Position numbers and translations under genes: made by a program. A stretch of 64,000 nt of DNA from an uncultured virus (IMG/VR IMGVR_UViG_3300028888_000112). Its lineage: Duplodnaviria; Heunggongvirae; Uroviricota; Caudoviricetes. The stretch lies in the IMG/VR virus record IMGVR_UViG_3300028888_000112; one strand, written 5' to 3'. Position 1 is the stretch's first letter. Each line of letters starts with the position of its first letter. Shown piece after piece: positions 8,001 through 17,220 of the stretch. The notes below the pieces were generated by a model, which had not been told where the DNA came from, searched no databases, and was given only the letters and a program-made list of their open reading frames with translations.

Positions 8001-9432
8001 GCGTTTTAGCGAGGAGTACTGCTGCTCCGTGGTGCGCGTCGGGGAGCTTATTGACGTTCCCAACAGCGACAACTTTAAGCAGACGTTTGTAAACGGGGAG
8101 TCAATCGTGGTAAACAAGAACGACGTCCACGAGGGCGACGTGATGCTTTACGTCTCCAACGAGTGTCAGATCCACGACGAGTTTTTGTCTGCAAACAACC
8201 TGTACGCGGACTGGGAGATGAATGCAAATGAGGAGGAGATTAGGGTGTGGATCAAGAAGGATTCGGAGTTTCTCCTTTCCGAGAACTTTAAGAAGATGAA
8301 GGGCTATTTTGGAAAGAACGGACGCGTGCGTATGATCAAGCTTCGCGGCTGTCCCTCTTTCGGCGTGCTTTTCAAGCCAGAGTTGATGGTTAAGGCTTAC
8401 GGCGGATGGTTGAAGGATATAGATTGGGAGCAGATGGTAGGTACTGATTTTGACTCCGTTACGTTCTCACCTGACATGTGGCAGCCTACGACCTTTGTCA
8501 AGGCGTACGTTCCTCCCACCCACGGCGGACACTCGCGGACGGAGTCGAAGAAGGTTTCGAAGTGGGACAAGTTTGATAGGATGGTTGCGGGGCAGTTTAA
8601 GCTGCACTATGACACAGAGCTGCTCAAGAAGCACCTTGACCGCTTTACTCCCAACACGGTGATTGACGTTACGGTCAAGATGCGCGGCACGTCGTTTATA
8701 TGCGGCAACCTGCTTACAAACTACCCGAAGCCGTTCTACAGACTGCGGCGGCTGATCAACAAGGTCTTCAAGACAAGCATTCCCGAGTTCAATCAACGCT
8801 ACGGGATGGTATGCTCGTCCCGCAAGGTGATCAAGAACGAGTGGGCTAACACCAAGCACAAGGACGGTTACTACGGCGTGGATATATGGACGGAGTACGG
8901 CAATATAATCTACCCGTACGTGCCGCAGGGAATTACGGTTTACGGGGAGATCTGCGGTTACCTTACGGGCGAGAGCCGTATGATTCAAAAGGACTACGAC
9001 TACGGCTGCAAGTCGGGCGGGAACTTTCTGATGATATACAGGGTTACTGAGCACACGGACAGCGGTATAATAGAGTATCCGATTGATGACGTGATTATGT
9101 TTACCAACGTTCTTATCAACCAAATGAAGGAGCACGGGGATTCGAACGTCGCCCGCATTTTCAACATAAAGAACGTGCACCTTTATCACGGGAAGGTGAA
9201 GGGGTTTACGGACGCTGTGGAGCGACTTCCTGAGGTGCTTGCGCACACCTACAATATAGAGGGTAACGAGCAGTTTTGCGCCTACAAAGTGCCTCGTGAG
9301 GGGCTTGTGGTGAGGATCACAAACGACTTAGTTCCGTCCGCGTACAAGCTTAAGTCGACAGCGTATCTGTCCCGTGAGGCGGCAGAGGTTGACAAGGGTG
9401 CGGTTGATATTGAGATGGCAGAAAATAGTTAG
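7966..9432 (+). CDS. RNA ligase with N-terminal OB-like domain
   Basis: Motifs TVKMRGTS (I), VYGEICG (III), REGLVVR (IV), YKLKS (V). Confidence 0.8.
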   Translation: MDNNNSLLSKSERFSEEYCCSVVRVGELIDVPNSDNFKQTFVNGESIVVNKNDVHEGDVMLYVSNECQIHDEFLSANNLYADWEMNANEEEIRVWIKKDSEFLLSENFKKMKGYFGKNGRVRMIKLRGCPSFGVLFKPELMVKAYGGWLKDIDWEQMVGTDFDSVTFSPDMWQPTTFVKAYVPPTHGGHSRTESKKVSKWDKFDRMVAGQFKLHYDTELLKKHLDRFTPNTVIDVTVKMRGTSFICGNLLTNYPKPFYRLRRLINKVFKTSIPEFNQRYGMVCSSRKVIKNEWANTKHKDGYYGVDIWTEYGNIIYPYVPQGITVYGEICGYLTGESRMIQKDYDYGCKSGGNFLMIYRVTEHTDSGIIEYPIDDVIMFTNVLINQMKEHGDSNVARIFNIKNVHLYHGKVKGFTDAVERLPEVLAHTYNIEGNEQFCAYKVPREGLVVRITNDLVPSAYKLKSTAYLSREAAEVDKGAVDIEMAENS

Positions 9433-9467
9433 GGTAATCATATATAATTTTACACTACAAAAAACTA

Positions 9468-9932
9468 ATGAGCGATAATTACAGCACGGAGGTGTTAGCC
9501 CGCAAGATTGCGGAGGGCACGGCGAACAGAGAGGAGCGGGGGATAACCCTAAAGACAATCAGCACGCAGCTTGCCATCGAGATGGTGACAGGCTTGGAGG
9601 ACGTGCGGGACTACGTGGACGGGTTGAAAGACCTGCGGTCTAAGTTCACGCAGAAGTTCGTGGAGAAGGCAAACGAGGCTCTTGAGCTTGACGAGCTCGA
9701 CCTTGACGACATATTTAAGTACATGACCTCTATATCGGACAACGAGGTCAAGGTTGTGGAGGCGTACCGCAAGCTGCTGCAAGGCGGGCAGCTTTTCAAC
9801 GAGGACTCGATGAGCGAGCAGGATCGCATTATTGTGCGGTTGCTGCAGTCCTTCAAGGACAACACGCAGAAGAAGGAGTTTTACGAGATGGTAGCCAAGT
9901 ACATGGCGTCGAAAAACATCTCGTTAGACTAA
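9468..9932 (+). CDS. hypothetical helical protein
   Basis: 154-aa ORF. Confidence 0.7.
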   Translation: MSDNYSTEVLARKIAEGTANREERGITLKTISTQLAIEMVTGLEDVRDYVDGLKDLRSKFTQKFVEKANEALELDELDLDDIFKYMTSISDNEVKVVEAYRKLLQGGQLFNEDSMSEQDRIIVRLLQSFKDNTQKKEFYEMVAKYMASKNISLD

Positions 9933-9940
9933 GCGCGAAT

Positions 9941-9948
9941 TATATATT
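9941..9948 (+). promoter_or_regulatory. putative late promoter TATATATT (representative copy)
   Basis: Motif recurs upstream of structural and cargo genes (see findings). Confidence 0.55.
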
Positions 9949-10028
9949 TAGTTGAGTGTTAATAGTACACCGTAATAAATGTTTTATTATTATTGCAGTG
10001 GATTTAAAGGTTATTAAAGCGTAAAAAT

Positions 10029-10508
10029 ATGGAACGTGTTAGTGATGTGCGTGGTTCTTACGAGGCTATAAAAGCCGACATTGAGAAGATAAAGGACATT
10101 CTTCGCGCAGACGATAATACCACGGACGAGGAGATTGCGGAGCGTTTGGGGTACGATTACGAGTACTTTGACGCGGGCAGCATGGCGTTTTTTAAGGATA
10201 CGGTTAGCGAGGCTAAGTACGACTTGGAGGACGAGAGGGTTTCCAATAGTAAACAAATTAGAGATTCAAAGTCGTACCCTACTTTTAGGATTGAGGTAAC
10301 GGACGTTAATACGCCGTCAAATCCTGTTCTTGTGTTTATCGCCAACGACTTCACCGAGGAGGAGGCTGAGGACTTTTTGGCTGAGAACTACAATCAGGTT
10401 CGGTGGATTCCTGATAACCCGTACGGTTACAACGCCGCAAAGGTGTGGTGGGGTAAATGCGAGGGCGGCAACATCTCGTTTATGGCGGCATTGCAGAATG
10501 ATTATTAA
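10029..10508 (+). CDS. acidic protein with RVSD and QIRD motifs (putative head cargo)
   Basis: MERVSD N-terminus; internal RVSNSKQIRDS linker. Confidence 0.7.
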   Translation: MERVSDVRGSYEAIKADIEKIKDILRADDNTTDEEIAERLGYDYEYFDAGSMAFFKDTVSEAKYDLEDERVSNSKQIRDSKSYPTFRIEVTDVNTPSNPVLVFIANDFTEEEAEDFLAENYNQVRWIPDNPYGYNAAKVWWGKCEGGNISFMAALQNDY

Positions 10509-10530
10509 ATAATTATAAAAACATACGACT

Positions 10531-10842
10531 ATGAAATTTGTAGATGAATTGGGGTTTGAGGACATGTTGGATTTGGTTCGTTCAAGATCTGAAAGACGTG
10601 AGATTTTGGTAAATGCGACAAATTTAATAACGCTTGCTGCAATAGAGGGCGATGAGATATACGATATTATTGAGGAAGCTCTCGACAAATTTTACAAGGC
10701 TTTGGATATGGAGGAGCTTGAGCGGTTGTTCTCGGACGGTAATGGTGCAATAAACCGTTTGATTCCCAAAAATCTTGGTTACCAAAACTGGGATGAGCTT
10801 GGGACTGACGTATACAATAAACGACACGGAGGCAAACGATAA
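10531..10842 (+). CDS. acidic hypothetical protein
   Basis: 103-aa ORF. Confidence 0.65.
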   Translation: MKFVDELGFEDMLDLVRSRSERREILVNATNLITLAAIEGDEIYDIIEEALDKFYKALDMEELERLFSDGNGAINRLIPKNLGYQNWDELGTDVYNKRHGGKR

Positions 10843-10878
10843 GACGGTAATTGAGTAACAAATTAGATATTTAGACTT

Positions 10879-11202
10879 ATGTATTACGAAGAGTTATTAA
10901 ACGAGGAGCGTTGTGAGGAGTTGGTGGACGTATTGGATGTCTACTACGGTGACAAGCCTTGGACGGACGAGCCCGAGTGGGACGGTGTAAGCGTAGCGGA
11001 GGCGTACGACGAGTTCAAGGACGAGGGACGACGCGGTTTTGGCAGACAGGCGGATAAGTACGCTGACAAGATTGCGGCTGACGCGGTTATGGGTGTGCTG
11101 CCGACGAGCTCCCGAGACTTTAAAAGGATTTTAAAGTCGGAGCGCGTAACGTCGCACCGCAACCTTGTGAAGCCTTGGATGAAGGAGTTTGTTTTGGACT
11201 AA
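10879..11202 (+). CDS. acidic hypothetical protein
   Basis: 107-aa ORF. Confidence 0.65.
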   Translation: MYYEELLNEERCEELVDVLDVYYGDKPWTDEPEWDGVSVAEAYDEFKDEGRRGFGRQADKYADKIAADAVMGVLPTSSRDFKRILKSERVTSHRNLVKPWMKEFVLD

Positions 11203-11215
11203 AAATATACAAGTT

Positions 11216-11560
11216 ATGGTACGGTTTGAGGATTTGGAGATGCATACGGACGAGGACGGTGTTTACTACGAGCTGCGCAAGCCTGACGCGTGGGCGGACA
11301 TTTACCTGCAGATCATACAGGAGAGTAACGATGAGTGGTACGTCCGCGTTTGCGACGAGCCTCTTTCCGTGCGGTACAACCTCTCCAACGACTACGAGGT
11401 GGAGACCTTTGACACCCCGCAGCTTGCGTTTAACGAGCTGATAGGTGTCTTTTTGATGATACGCGGTGGTGAGCTGACCTTAGACGGGGTGTTTCCGTCG
11501 TGGAACGAAAACTTTGAGCACGACCGCATTAGAGAAATGATGGACTACGTTTTGGACTAA
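11216..11560 (+). CDS. acidic hypothetical protein, paralog of 11573-11959
   Basis: Shared F.DLEM..D, YEL, Y.QI.QE, W.VRV, F.TP..AF.EL, DRI.EM.DY. Confidence 0.7.
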   Translation: MVRFEDLEMHTDEDGVYYELRKPDAWADIYLQIIQESNDEWYVRVCDEPLSVRYNLSNDYEVETFDTPQLAFNELIGVFLMIRGGELTLDGVFPSWNENFEHDRIREMMDYVLD

Positions 11561-11572
11561 AAATATACGGCA

Positions 11573-11959
11573 ATGATGCGATTTGGAGATTTTAAAGCAG
11601 AGATACAGTTTCGCGACTTGGAGATGTATGAGGATGACGAGAAGTACATGGGTGAGTGTTGGTACGAGCTGACCGCATTCAACAATCCCAAGGCTTACGT
11701 ACAGATTGTGCAGGAGGAGGCGGGACACGACGATTGGTGGAACGTCCGTGTTAGCGGCTCTTACCTTGTGGATAGCAACCTTGATCCGATGTCGTTTGAG
11801 ACTCCCGAGGATGCTTTTGATGAGCTTATGGAGGAGTGCGCTATGATCGCAAACGGAGAAATGACGGTAGGTGAGGCATTCCCATACAATAGCGACCGCG
11901 ACTACGATCGTATTGTAGAAATGATCGACTACCTTTTGACGGGTAACAAACTGCGTTAA
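11573..11959 (+). CDS. acidic hypothetical protein, paralog of 11216-11560
   Basis: Same shared motifs as 11216-11560. Confidence 0.7.
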   Translation: MMRFGDFKAEIQFRDLEMYEDDEKYMGECWYELTAFNNPKAYVQIVQEEAGHDDWWNVRVSGSYLVDSNLDPMSFETPEDAFDELMEECAMIANGEMTVGEAFPYNSDRDYDRIVEMIDYLLTGNKLR

Positions 11960-11971
11960 TACTCAACAGCC

Positions 11972-13159
11972 ATGTCAAAGATATCCGAGCTAAACGATTT
12001 CAAGTTAGGCAGAGCGATGGGGGAGGTCACCGAGCGTGAGAAGGTGCTCAAGACGGACAACGTGTACTACAAGCGCGGGTTCAATCTTGGGCGCAAAACC
12101 CGCTCAAAGAAGACCTTGGAGGAGGCGCTTACCGACTCGCAGCTGCGGTCGCAGATAAAGGCGCTCATACAGGAGTACCGCAGGACAAGCGACTCCGCGA
12201 CCTACGCCAAGATAATCGACAAGTACCAACTCCTCTCCGACCGTCAGATAAAGGACGCGGACGACGAGGAGTTCACCCTCTTAGAAGACAAGAACGGCGA
12301 CACCGTTCTCGCGAAGAAGTACACCAAGGAGAACCTTACCGCCGCCAAGGACTACCTGAACGAAAACAGCGACCTTACCATCATCGGTAAGGACGAGGAC
12401 GGTAACGTCTACATCGGCGAAAAAGACGACAACGCGGAAAAGAAAGACGAGAAAGAGGTGATAGAGGACTCACTTAACAATAGGATGGAAAATCGAGTTA
12501 TGGCAACTGAAAAAAACGGTTACAAGCTGCTCCGCGTTAGCGACAGCAAGTACACGGTACACAAGGACGGCGACACGTCCTACACTCTGTACAAGGTTAA
12601 CGACCACTGGGGCTGCACGTGCAGCGGTTACTACTACAGAGGAGCGTGCAAGCATCTCGACATGCTTAGGGGACGCGTAGCAGACTCCGAGTTAGCCAAC
12701 AAAGAGACGCACACTCGCAAGGAAATAGAACAAGTGGCGGATACCTTTAAGACAATACTTGACGGGCGCACGTGGGCTTTAAGCGGCGACTACAGAAGAG
12801 GAGTAGACACGGTCGAAGGTGCAACGATAATCGTAGAGGACTCAGCGGACGGCTTCAAGGCGTTAGCGTCAAAGCTCACCAACGTTATGGTTGCGGACGG
12901 TAACACGATCCGCTGCTACCAAGACAACGTCCCCGTGGTGCTTATACGCGCTGCGGACGGACAGATGGCGACCTTCCTGCTCTCGACGACAGGCTCTGCA
13001 AACGAGAACAAGCGGCTGCGCGACGCTGCGAAGAAGAAGGGGATGCGCTTGGTGGAGAACGGTTTATTCCTTGCGGACGGTACGCTTTTGCGCACACCTG
13101 ACGAGCGAAGTATATATCAGTACATAGGAGAGCGGTACAAAGAACCGTGGGAGAGATAG
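11972..13159 (+). CDS. multidomain protein: SWIM zinc finger plus catalytically degenerate PolX palm/thumb
   Basis: GCTCSGYYYRGACKH; SGDYRRG; TTGS..N.RLR..AKKKG.RL.E.GLF; DE.SIY..IG..Y.EP.ER. Confidence 0.75.
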   Translation: MSKISELNDFKLGRAMGEVTEREKVLKTDNVYYKRGFNLGRKTRSKKTLEEALTDSQLRSQIKALIQEYRRTSDSATYAKIIDKYQLLSDRQIKDADDEEFTLLEDKNGDTVLAKKYTKENLTAAKDYLNENSDLTIIGKDEDGNVYIGEKDDNAEKKDEKEVIEDSLNNRMENRVMATEKNGYKLLRVSDSKYTVHKDGDTSYTLYKVNDHWGCTCSGYYYRGACKHLDMLRGRVADSELANKETHTRKEIEQVADTFKTILDGRTWALSGDYRRGVDTVEGATIIVEDSADGFKALASKLTNVMVADGNTIRCYQDNVPVVLIRAADGQMATFLLSTTGSANENKRLRDAAKKKGMRLVENGLFLADGTLLRTPDERSIYQYIGERYKEPWER

Positions 13160-13183
13160 ACGAATTTTAAAACGAAGGTTTAT

Positions 13184-13531
13184 ATGATAAAGTACGAGTT
13201 TTTTAGGAAGTATGAGCTACGCAGACTGTTATCGCAGATTCAAGACGAGCATGAAGCACTCTTCTTGAACTTTAAGTACCCGCTTGAGACTGTTAACGAA
13301 AAAACGGGTGAGTCGGTAGAGGGAGAGTATTTTTCGATAGTGTCCAAGGACGTGCATCCGTCGTTAAGGATGACGGGGTTGTACCCATCGTTCACTGTTG
13401 CGTTGTTTACTTCTGATCTTTACGCGGATGTAGCGTGGGCTAAAGACTACGACATTAACGACCTTGTTGACTATCTGTATGAGATGCAGACGGATGTTGG
13501 CGGTTATGATGTTTTGATTGACGGACTTTAA
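13184..13531 (+). CDS. hypothetical protein
   Basis: 115-aa ORF. Confidence 0.65.
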   Translation: MIKYEFFRKYELRRLLSQIQDEHEALFLNFKYPLETVNEKTGESVEGEYFSIVSKDVHPSLRMTGLYPSFTVALFTSDLYADVAWAKDYDINDLVDYLYEMQTDVGGYDVLIDGL

Positions 13532-13576
13532 ATCAAAAAAACTTAATAAAATACTAACTTTTAAATATAAGAGATT

Positions 13577-13828
13577 ATGGATTACAATGCAGCAGCGGAT
13601 TTGGCAATACAGTGGGCGACGCGTACCTGCGAGGACGCGGAGAACCTGTTGTGGGACATCTACGAGGGTTTGGACGATTTTACAAACGCAGGCTTTCGCA
13701 TGATGCAGGACAACGCGAACGGTGACTTGGTTGTGTACTTTGACAACGGTGAAAGCTTTAACGTGTCGGGTGCAACCCCAACCGAGATCATTGAGGTGGC
13801 AAACAGAGTAGTAGAGGCAATGTTGTAA
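13577..13828 (+). CDS. small acidic protein
   Basis: 83 aa, about 16 D/E versus 3 K/R. Confidence 0.65.
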   Translation: MDYNAAADLAIQWATRTCEDAENLLWDIYEGLDDFTNAGFRMMQDNANGDLVVYFDNGESFNVSGATPTEIIEVANRVVEAML

Positions 13829-13840
13829 ACGCATAAAGAC

Positions 13841-16171
13841 ATGAACAGAGTTAACAAAAGAGTAAGCGACATGGTTTCGCCCTTGTACCACGGTTTAGAA
13901 GACGGTGTGGTGTACAGGTTTTACGTTTACGAGGGGGGCGCGATAGCGGGTGAGGACTTTGAGTACGAGGACGACGCTATAGACTTCGCGCAAGACCTCG
14001 TTGACAGAGGTACGGACTACGAGGTTACGGTTGAGCGTCGTGTGTACGCAACGCCCGAGGACGCAAGCAAAGATTACCCCGTGGACTACGAGGATATTTG
14101 GAGCTCGGAGGACTACAAGGTTTCCGACTCTCGTGTCAGCGACATGACAAAGCCTGTGCATTTGCGGGGGTACGCCAAGATGCGCAGAGATGAGCGTCGC
14201 GCAAAGAACGCGGAGCTGAGGAACGAGGACTTTGAGGAGAAGGAAAAGGACGAGAAGCAGGAAGAGGTCAACGACTCGTACAGAGTAAAGGACGCGGTTG
14301 CGGACGTGCAGCGTGCCGTAGACGAGTTGTATGATTGCCGTTACGAAATAGGAGGTGTTGCCAAGCTGCTCGCACCAAGTGCCAAGCGAGGAGGCAGAGG
14401 CACAATATCTATCACCACAAACGCCGATGCAGTACGCAACAATGCACACGTTGACATATTCAAAGTGGAAAACGATCCCAAGGCGAAAGAAAGGCTTGAG
14501 GAGTTTTACAGTGATTACGCGAACACGGAATTGAAGATTGTTGGAGTGCGCTGCACTTACAACGGTTCGTACAGTGAGAGTATAGCCAACACAACTCCAA
14601 ATCATAACTGGGGAGAGCGTAACTCATACGACATGAGCAGCACCTACGCTCCGTCGGAGTGGGTAATAAACCTTGACGTGGTAGACAATAGCATCGCCGA
14701 CTCCTGTAAGATAAAGGATGGTTTTGCAACCATGTACAACGTTGGCTACAACGAAGATCCTTACAAACTTGCAAGACGCGTGGCACAGCGGGGTACTGTT
14801 TCTTTAAGTTCAAGACATCAGCGTCCACACGATGTGAACGTTAACGAGGACACCGTATTTCGTGTCTACAACGACGGCGACTATAAATACGATGACTTTA
14901 TGTCAAAGTATGGCGTTAACGACTCGCGCAAGATAAAGGACGCGGACGAGGCGGACACCGACACCGACGACGTGATTGACGGTTTGCTTATCATCACCTT
15001 TAAGGACGGCTCACAAGAGGACGGTTTAAACGCCATCAAAGAGCACGCCAACGAGCAGGGGGACGGTTACGAGACCTATGAGGTTAAGGAGCAGGACGGC
15101 AAGGTTGGCGTTGACATGTGCGCACAGACAAGCGATCCCAACGGCTTCGTAAAAGAGCTGCTTAAGGCTTGGGGGGTACTTGACGCGGTAGCGGACGTGG
15201 ACTTCAAGAAGAGCGACCTCATGGAGGAGGCGGAGCAGCAAGAGGAGGTTTCGGACTCACGCAAGATAAAGGACTCGACTTACGGCACAAGCTTCACGCT
15301 TACGAACCCCGTTAACGACTACAATGCGGCACTCGACTACCTACAGGCAGACGACATGACGCGGTATCTCAACAACGACTTGAACTACTTGGGCTTGAGT
15401 CACCTTGAGGGTAAGATAAAGGAGATCAAGTGGGTGCTTGAGGACGAGCAGACAGGTTACATAGTCCTTTACACGACAGAGCCGCTTGTACAGGAAGACC
15501 TTGACAAGATCTCGGAGTGGATATCGGGACAGTGTAGTGACGGTCTTGGTGAGGGCTTTGAGCAACAGGACTTCGCGTCGGGTGAAGACTTTGAGGAATA
15601 CGAGGATGAGGATGGTTACACACAATACGAAGAGGTAAACACTATGGCATCCTTTGACTGGGAGACAAACGACTACAAGCTCAAGTTGTACGACTCCGCA
15701 CGCGTAAAGGACAGCGGCGTAAAGGACTCTATAGACTTTGTGGCAATGCGCAGAGAGGTTGCGAGCACCATATACTCTCTTGAAAAGCTTGGTGAGCCCG
15801 TAACCGTAGACTCGGTTGCGGACTATCTGCACATAAACGAGTACGAGGCAGATCCTGCGATGTTAGACCGTTGGTACGACATTATAGAGGACGAGGTTGA
15901 AAACCAATATGAGCCTGACGCTGAAGACGTTTGGAGGAACGCGGAGGACAACTATCTGCTTGGCAGACGCGCCGACTCCCGCATAAAGGACGGCTGCGGC
16001 GAGGACGCAGAGTTGGTGGATAAGGTTAACAACACGGACATCCTCCGCGACAACAAAAACGGAGGCGTGTACGTTTGGGTTAACGGCCAAAAGAAGAAGT
16101 TCTCCACCAAGAAGGACGCTGAGGCGTACATAAAGAAAACCTTCAACGAGGACGGAACGCCTAAAAAGTAG
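13841..16171 (+). CDS. putative polyprotein with repeated D-S-x-[KR]-[IV]-K-D linkers
   Basis: 776 aa; seven internal linkers separating unrelated segments. Confidence 0.8.
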   Translation: MNRVNKRVSDMVSPLYHGLEDGVVYRFYVYEGGAIAGEDFEYEDDAIDFAQDLVDRGTDYEVTVERRVYATPEDASKDYPVDYEDIWSSEDYKVSDSRVSDMTKPVHLRGYAKMRRDERRAKNAELRNEDFEEKEKDEKQEEVNDSYRVKDAVADVQRAVDELYDCRYEIGGVAKLLAPSAKRGGRGTISITTNADAVRNNAHVDIFKVENDPKAKERLEEFYSDYANTELKIVGVRCTYNGSYSESIANTTPNHNWGERNSYDMSSTYAPSEWVINLDVVDNSIADSCKIKDGFATMYNVGYNEDPYKLARRVAQRGTVSLSSRHQRPHDVNVNEDTVFRVYNDGDYKYDDFMSKYGVNDSRKIKDADEADTDTDDVIDGLLIITFKDGSQEDGLNAIKEHANEQGDGYETYEVKEQDGKVGVDMCAQTSDPNGFVKELLKAWGVLDAVADVDFKKSDLMEEAEQQEEVSDSRKIKDSTYGTSFTLTNPVNDYNAALDYLQADDMTRYLNNDLNYLGLSHLEGKIKEIKWVLEDEQTGYIVLYTTEPLVQEDLDKISEWISGQCSDGLGEGFEQQDFASGEDFEEYEDEDGYTQYEEVNTMASFDWETNDYKLKLYDSARVKDSGVKDSIDFVAMRREVASTIYSLEKLGEPVTVDSVADYLHINEYEADPAMLDRWYDIIEDEVENQYEPDAEDVWRNAEDNYLLGRRADSRIKDGCGEDAELVDKVNNTDILRDNKNGGVYVWVNGQKKKFSTKKDAEAYIKKTFNEDGTPKK

Positions 16172-16174
16172 ACA

Positions 16175-16462
16175 ATGCGAAACGAGAGCTTTATCGGAGG
16201 GTACACCGCGGACGAGTTTGCCGAGCTGCTTTTAGAGCACCTCGACACCGCCGCAGAGCTGTACGATCTACTAACCGAGTTAGAGGAGCACTACGGCGGA
16301 GAGCTTGTAGAGGCTTCCTTTAACGCGGGGGAGGCGGTGGCAAACGGCAAGCTCCCAATAGTACGCGACTACGTTTACGCAGGCTACTACGGAGAGTACC
16401 ACCACCTTGCCTTTAAGAACGAGAACGGTGAACGCTTTGTGGAACGAGTTGCGTTTGAGTAA
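16175..16462 (+). CDS. acidic hypothetical protein
   Basis: 95-aa ORF. Confidence 0.65.
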   Translation: MRNESFIGGYTADEFAELLLEHLDTAAELYDLLTELEEHYGGELVEASFNAGEAVANGKLPIVRDYVYAGYYGEYHHLAFKNENGERFVERVAFE

Positions 16463-16505
16463 GCACTTTCTTTTATTGTCATTTTTTAATAGTTATTGAG
16501 AAGAG

Positions 16506-16543
16506 AACAGCCCACCGCTGAGATAGCAGAGGGCTGTTTTTTT
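16506..16543 (+). terminator. intrinsic terminator
   Basis: AACAGCCC...GGGCTGTT followed by T run. Confidence 0.75.
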
Positions 16544-16575
16544 GTTATACTTGCAAAAACAATTACAGCAGCAAT

Positions 16576-16890
16576 ATGACACGGTTATCCTTTAACTTGG
16601 CAGCAGGCTCCGACATTACGGAGGAGTGCTTTGAGAACTTTGTAAAGCCGCTCTTTGAGTCCCGTCTCGACACAAACACCACTGCGGAGGAGTGGCTATC
16701 CGACTTCCTTACCAACAACGGACTTTACGTCTGCGCAAAATGGGAGGCTAACTTTTTCAAAGACCGCAGCGATCTCTACAAGGCGCAGGCGGACGCTTTA
16801 GCCACCCGTGTAAAGGTTCTCCAAGCGGACGCGGACTACTTTCGCGGGATCGCTTTGTACTGGAAGGAGCGAGCAACTATCGAGAAATAA
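16576..16890 (+). CDS. hypothetical protein
   Basis: 104-aa ORF. Confidence 0.6.
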   Translation: MTRLSFNLAAGSDITEECFENFVKPLFESRLDTNTTAEEWLSDFLTNNGLYVCAKWEANFFKDRSDLYKAQADALATRVKVLQADADYFRGIALYWKERATIEK

Positions 16891-16950
16891 TCACAATTTA
16901 TTTGTGGTTTACTTTCTCTATATTATATTTGCTAAAAATAAAGCGGGTAT

Positions 16951-17112
16951 ATGAAAACGGACAGACACTTAGACGGCATCATTAGCGTGGTTTTAAAGCC
17001 GCTCCACTACACCACCAACGACGAGGTGAAGCGTATGGGGAGAAGCAGACACCTGAGCGACAATATGCGCAGTCTTTACAAGAACGAGGCACGCAGACGC
17101 AAGCTTGTATGA
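16951..17112 (+). CDS. small basic protein
   Basis: 53-aa ORF MKTDRHLDG... after TATATTTG promoter-like site; read by eye. Confidence 0.45.
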   Translation: MKTDRHLDGIISVVLKPLHYTTNDEVKRMGRSRHLSDNMRSLYKNEARRRKLV

Positions 17113-17220
17113 TACGGCTTGCGCACGAGCCACACAAACGCCCTACGTTGCAAAAACTAACGTAGCGTTGTGTGTTTGTTTGTCTTTCATTAATAACCGC
17201 GACTGAACCAAAACACAGCA

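Noticed and set aside
8467..9246. Long minus-strand ORFs (also 23798-24961, 13895-14605, 33779-34432, 47843-48541)
   Set aside because: They shadow clear + strand genes and are the V/L/H-rich antisense by-product of biased codon usage.
17128..17180. Structured ncRNA upstream of terL
   Set aside because: An imperfect hairpin is present, but there is a single copy and no family features; it may be just a terminator.
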